From an uncultured Acidimicrobiales bacterium (lineage in GTDB: Bacteria > Actinomycetota > Acidimicrobiia > Acidimicrobiales > VFJN01), in the NCBI GenBank assembly GCA_963735395.1, contig CAVTKV010000013.1, positions 23,861-87,860 of the forward strand: a DNA stretch of 64,000 nt, read 5' to 3'. Made by a program: the position numbers and the translations under genes. Positions 59,900-64,000 of this stretch are shown in pieces. Below the pieces are notes generated by a model, which was not told the DNA's origin, did no database searches, and was given only the letters and a program-made list of their open reading frames with translations. Within the stretch, counting starts at the first letter, position 1. Every line of letters starts with the position of its first letter.

Positions 59900-61781
59900 G
59901 TGGTCCGATCGCGACCGCAGCCACGTGCCCTATCTGTATCGACTGGCATGTCGGGCGCGCCACGGGAGGAGGCGAAAGGCGTGGTGATCGAACGGTTGGC
60001 CGGCGACGGTGTCGAGCCCACGGCCAGCAGATCACCGGGAGACCGCGCGGCATTCCCGCGTCGGCCCGATCAGCACGTCACACGGGTGTCCCTGCGCCAG
60101 CGGGTGTCGTTCGTGGCCCTGGCGATCGCCCGGCTCAGCTGGCTGCTGGTCCTGAGCCTGCTCGCCGCCCCTGCGCTGCTTGTCCGCAACGCCTTCGGAC
60201 CGACCACCGGGCCCCGTGTCCTGCGTTGGTACTTCGAGACCTGCGGTGGCGGCTACGTGAAGGTCGGTCAGTTGCTGGCCACCCGGTACGACCTCCTACG
60301 AGCTGACTACACCGAGGAGCTCGGCAAGCTCCTCGACTCGTTGCCGCCGGTTCCCACCGCGACGATTCGCCAGGTGGTCGAGCGTGAGCTGGGGCGACCG
60401 ATCGCCGACGTGTTCGCGCTGTTCGAGCCCCGACCGATCGCAACGGCGTCACTGGCGCAGGTGCACGGCGCCGTGCTCGCCAACGGCGACGACGTCGTCG
60501 TGAAGGTCCTCAAACCGGGGATCAACGAGCGCGTCCGCATCGACCTGGCGTTCCTGCGGGTCACCGCCCGGGTGATCGACGTCCTTCCGGTGCTCCGGGG
60601 CCTCGACGTGAGCGGGCTGATCGACGAGCTCTCCCGCACGGCCATCGAAGAGCTCGACCTCGGCCGAGAGGCCATGTACACCTCCTACCTCCACGACCAG
60701 ATGGCGGCGGACCCGATCGCCCACTACACGCCGAAGGTCTACCGCCGCCTGTGCACCCGGAACATGCTCACCCTCGAGCGCATCCGCGGCGTGACCGTGC
60801 GGGAGATGCTGACGGCGATCACCAACGGCGACGACCCCACGCTCGAGTCGTGGGCCGCACGTGGGATCACACCCGAGCGCACCGCCGTGGTCCTGCTGCG
60901 GTCCGTCCTCGAGCAGACCATGCGGCTCCGGTTGTTCAACGCCGACCCGCACCCGTCGAACCTGATCGTCAGCGACGGTGGCACGCTCAACTGGGTCGAC
61001 TTCGGCCTGGTCGGATGGATCGACGAGCGTCAGTGGGAGTTGCAGCTGCGCCTGAGGGATGCGATCACGCAGGATCGCATCCACGACGCGTACGTCGCGC
61101 TGCTCGAAGGGCATGGAGCCCCTGCCCTTCCGAGACCTCAGCGGCTTCGAGCAGGAGATCAAACAGAGCCTGCAGGACTACCTGATCGCGTCGAACGACC
61201 CGAACGCGCCGCTGAGCGAGAAGAGCACAGGGTCGTTCCTGCTCAAGACGCTGGCGACGCTGCGCCGCAACCGACTGCCCATGACCTCCAGCACCGTTCA
61301 GCTCTACCGCACGATCCTGATCGCCGACATCGTGATGCTCGGCCTATACCCGTCCATCGATTGGCGGGGTCACCTCCGCCGGTTCCTCCGGGACTTCTCC
61401 ACCGACCTCATCGAGCAGGCCGTCGTCCAACCTCTCACCTCGCCCTACACCGGATACCGGCTGGCACGGGCGCCGATGGCCGTGGCCGACACGATGGAAT
61501 GGCTGATGCGGCGCCTCCCGGACATCGGCCGCCAGACATTGCGCACGCTCTCGGCCAGCGAACGGCTCATCCCGCACGCCCTCCGGCTGCTGCGCCGGGC
61601 GGTCGGGATCTGGATCGTCGCCGTGATCGCGCTCGCCGTGATCCAGCCCGACTTCTCGCGTCGCAGCGCGCTCGGCCGATTTGCCCTTCGCATCGAGGAC
61701 AATCCCTGGCCGTATCTCGGCGCCGGCGTGCTCGCCGTCCTCCTCCTGAGCTCGTTCGTTCGGAAGATGGAGACGACGTAG
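59900..61781 (+). pseudogene. ABC1/UbiB-family atypical kinase with an N-terminal TM helix, frameshifted at a GGG run at about 61120-61130
   Basis: YVKVGQLLATRYDLLRADYTEELGKLLDSLPP, VLKPGINERVRIDLAFL, ADPHPSNLIV (catalytic loop), DFGLVG (DFG). After ...VALLEG the frame shifts, and ...MEPLPFRDLSGFEQEIKQSLQDYL...(C-terminal TM) continues to 61781. Confidence 0.7.
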
Positions 61782-61799
61782 GACCTGGCCCTGGCTGGA

Positions 61800-62198
61800 C
61801 TAGGTCTTCCGTCTGCTTCGTGCGGTGTCGGTGGGCTCGACCGCGCCGGGCGTCGACTCGCTGGCACGGAGCCGCTCGGCGACCATGTCGGCGAGGCGTT
61901 CGTAGTCGAAGTCCTCGTCGGCCGGTGTTCGTGAGCGTGCGACGAACCCGTCGGAGGCCTGGCGGACGACCGTCGCGACCTCGTCGAGCAACCGGGCATT
62001 CGCCCGAATCATGGCGGCCACTGAGCGGCCCATGAGATCGGGGAATCGGTTGGTTCCCTCCAGCTCGTTCGAGAACGCCTGAGATGCTTCGGTGAAGCCG
62101 TCCACCACACCGCGCGTGAATCGCGTCGTCAGGTCCTCGTCCGGGCTGCTCCGTGGATCCTGCTTGCCGCCACGGTTCTCCTCTTGACCTTGGTCCAT
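61800..62198 (-). CDS. hypothetical protein
   Basis: 132 aa, lower GC. ...DGFTEASQAFSNELEGTNRFPDLMGRSVAAMIRANARLLDEVATVV.... Family not recognised. Confidence 0.5.
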   Translation of the reverse strand: MDQGQEENRGGKQDPRSSPDEDLTTRFTRGVVDGFTEASQAFSNELEGTNRFPDLMGRSVAAMIRANARLLDEVATVVRQASDGFVARSRTPADEDFDYERLADMVAERLRASESTPGAVEPTDTARSRRKT

Positions 62199-62397
62199 GC
62201 CCAGGCATTCTGAGCAATCCGCCGCGGGCAGGCATCGTCCATTGCGGGTGATCTACGGCGGGTCCACCGCGACCACGTCGCGCAGGGTCCCTGGTGGAAC
62301 CCGTGGCGGCCCCTCGAACCGGTGAGAGTCGCTGGGGTAGCCAGGTGCTACGGTTCGTGCCGTCTCCAACGCGCTGCGCGGGAGCGGGAGGCGAGCA

Positions 62398-63519
62398 ATG
62401 CACTCTGCTGTGAGCACCTTTGCTGGTCAGCTCCGTCACTTCGCGAGGTCGGTGGACATAGTCGACGACGCGACGTTCGACCAGTTCCGGCGGCTGATCT
62501 ACCGCTACGTCAAGAACGAGCTCGACGCCGCGTACTTCGAGCTCTTGCGCGAGCAGGCGATGGATCACGACGCGGCGCTCAAGATGTTCTGGAGCAGCGA
62601 AGACCGTGACCACAACTGGCCCGTGTGCCGGGCCGACGGCACCTATAGCAACGTCATCGCGCTGGCCTTCGGCGAGCAGAAGCCGCTCTGGATAGTCGGC
62701 CAGGACCACGAGCGGCTCGACCGCGCGGCCGGCCTCGAAGACCAGTGGTCCCACAACGCCGATCTTCCCGGCTACGAGCCGTCGGCTGACCAGGCGATCC
62801 GCACGCTGATCGTGCTCCCGCTGCGGCGGCGGCGGATCTTGGGCGTCTGCTACTTCGAGTGCTCGTCGTACCTCGGCATCACCGACGTGGCCACGACCGA
62901 GCTGCAGCTTCTGGCCGACGCCATCGCCATTCTGCTCGAGCTCTACGAGGCGAACCGGACCCAGTCCTCCTTGACGTCGTCGGCGATCACCGAGCTTCAG
63001 GAGCGGCTGGAGAAGGCCAAGTTCCCCCGGTTGACGAGGCCGCACTTCTTCGTGGCCTTCTCGACGCGGGCCGACGAGCAGGTGGTCAACGTCATCAAAG
63101 AGGTCCTGCACCGTCTCGCCGACAGGCTCGAGTTCACCGACTGGTCGCTCATCGATGAGGCAGGCAACATCAACACGCAGATCGCCCGCGAGATCACCCG
63201 GTCGCGCTTCGGCATCTGTTACCTGTCGGAGCCGGCCAAGAACTCCACGGACCCAGCCGTCGCCTACGAGGACAACCCGAACGTCGTGTTCGAAGCCGGC
63301 ATGCTCCACGGCAAGTCCGTCGCCAACGACACCGACGATGGCGGCGAGCCCACCGGGTGGATCCCGGTGCGCGAAGCCTCGTCACCCCCTGCCCCGTTCG
63401 ACTTCGCGACGGAGCGGATCCTCATCGTCCCCCGCGAACCGGACGACCACAGCCTGAACGAGTACCGGCTGGGCCAGTCGCTCAACAGCGCGATCCTGAA
63501 ACTGCTGCGCGAGGAGTGA
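62398..63519 (+). CDS. two-domain protein: N-terminal GAF-like domain plus C-terminal TIR-like / nucleoside-2-deoxyribosyltransferase-like (flavodoxin-fold, 'FEAG' glutamate) domain
   Basis: N-terminus: ...PVCRADGTYSNVIALAFGEQKPLWIVGQDHER...IRTLIVLPLRRRRILGVCYFECSSYLGITDV... (GAF-like). C-terminus: PHFFVAFSTRADEQVVNVIKEVLHRL...SRFGICYLSE...YEDNPNVVFEAGMLHGKSV...IPV (TIR_2/COG4271-like or NDT-like). GC lower than flanks. RBS GGGAGG. Confidence 0.7.
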   Translation: MHSAVSTFAGQLRHFARSVDIVDDATFDQFRRLIYRYVKNELDAAYFELLREQAMDHDAALKMFWSSEDRDHNWPVCRADGTYSNVIALAFGEQKPLWIVGQDHERLDRAAGLEDQWSHNADLPGYEPSADQAIRTLIVLPLRRRRILGVCYFECSSYLGITDVATTELQLLADAIAILLELYEANRTQSSLTSSAITELQERLEKAKFPRLTRPHFFVAFSTRADEQVVNVIKEVLHRLADRLEFTDWSLIDEAGNINTQIAREITRSRFGICYLSEPAKNSTDPAVAYEDNPNVVFEAGMLHGKSVANDTDDGGEPTGWIPVREASSPPAPFDFATERILIVPREPDDHSLNEYRLGQSLNSAILKLLREE

Positions 63520-63598
63520 GCCCGCCCGATCCGGCCGTGCGGTCGGCTCGTGGCGCCGATCGGGGGGCAGCTGCTCGCGTCGGAGGGCAAGATGGAGC

Positions 63599-63985
63599 AT
63601 GGTCGACGATGCGAGGCAAGCCCGTCACATCGTGGAGAGGTACTGGGACGCTGCGGAGGCCCGCGACTGGGCCACCTTCGGTGCCCTGCTGGCCGATGAT
63701 GTCGTCTACGAGGCCCCGCAAACGCGCGAGCGAGTGCGCGGTAAGGCAGCGTATGTCCGGTTCAACGCCGAGTATCCGGGCAATTGGCACCTGAGCATCG
63801 AGAGGGCAGTGGGTGACGAGCGCCACGCCGCCACCTGGATCACGTTCGACAACCAGGGCTCGATCGAGACAGGCCTCTGCTTCTTCGAGCTCGGCAACGA
63901 CGGGTTGATCAGACGCATCACCGACTTCTGGCCCGAGCCTTACGAACCGCCTTCGGGCCGCGATCACCTTGTCGAACGGTGGTAG
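63599..63985 (+). CDS. nuclear-transport-factor-2-like (SnoaL/DUF4440-type) protein
   Basis: ...IVERYWDAAEARDWATFGALLADDVVYEAPQTRERVRGKAAYVRFN...ATWITF is the typical NTF2-like pattern. Confidence 0.75.
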   Translation: MVDDARQARHIVERYWDAAEARDWATFGALLADDVVYEAPQTRERVRGKAAYVRFNAEYPGNWHLSIERAVGDERHAATWITFDNQGSIETGLCFFELGNDGLIRRITDFWPEPYEPPSGRDHLVERW

Positions 63986-64000
63986 GGCCGACAACAGCAG

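Overview
This window is high-GC (about 70%) bacterial chromosomal DNA, and the gene content points to an actinobacterium. Markers include a WhiB-like regulator with an AT-hook, F420/PPOX-family proteins, a Mycobacterium-type DyP–encapsulin pair and several ECF sigma factors. Coding density is high on both strands. I recognised no rRNA, tRNA, CRISPR array or classical mobile element.

The region is rich in regulators: three ECF sigma factors, a Crp/Fnr, LuxR-LAL, LysR, AraC, HxlR, XRE and two TetR regulators, a WhiB, an OmpR-type two-component pair and an orphan GAF histidine kinase. It also carries secreted or cell-surface proteins: S8 and S1 proteases, a GDSL hydrolase, a PASTA protein, and a sortase with a poly-Asp repeat substrate.

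The most notable feature is a translationally coupled six-gene operon at 16755-23256 that combines three different heme enzymes with three uncharacterised proteins. The enzymes are a cyclooxygenase-like animal heme peroxidase, a DyP peroxidase and a catalase-related protein. Start and stop codons overlap at every junction (GTGA, GTGA, ATGA).

Other notable items:
- A DyP peroxidase whose ORF reads without a stop codon into a family-1 encapsulin shell gene.
- A lower-GC gene encoding a GAF plus TIR/NDT-like (FEAG motif) protein.
- A 44-bp out-of-frame tandem duplication inside a large membrane-protein gene.
- Several palindromic or direct-repeat candidate operators.
- An unusually high number of single-nucleotide frameshifts in otherwise intact genes: an alpha/beta hydrolase, a PD40-DUF11 protein, a histidine kinase (twice), a DUF308-lipase and a UbiB kinase. 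There is also a stretch of gene remnants at about 52.9-54.1 kb. Together these suggest either real gene decay or indel-type assembly errors.

Coordinates come from the supplied ORF-track frames and residue counting. Start codons are my best choice and may be off by a few codons. My hand indexing of the raw sequence disagreed with the track by 1 nt at about 37.35 kb and about 49.4-49.9 kb. I followed the track there, so motif coordinates taken from the raw sequence (TetR operator at 49319, and possibly others) may be off by about 1 nt.
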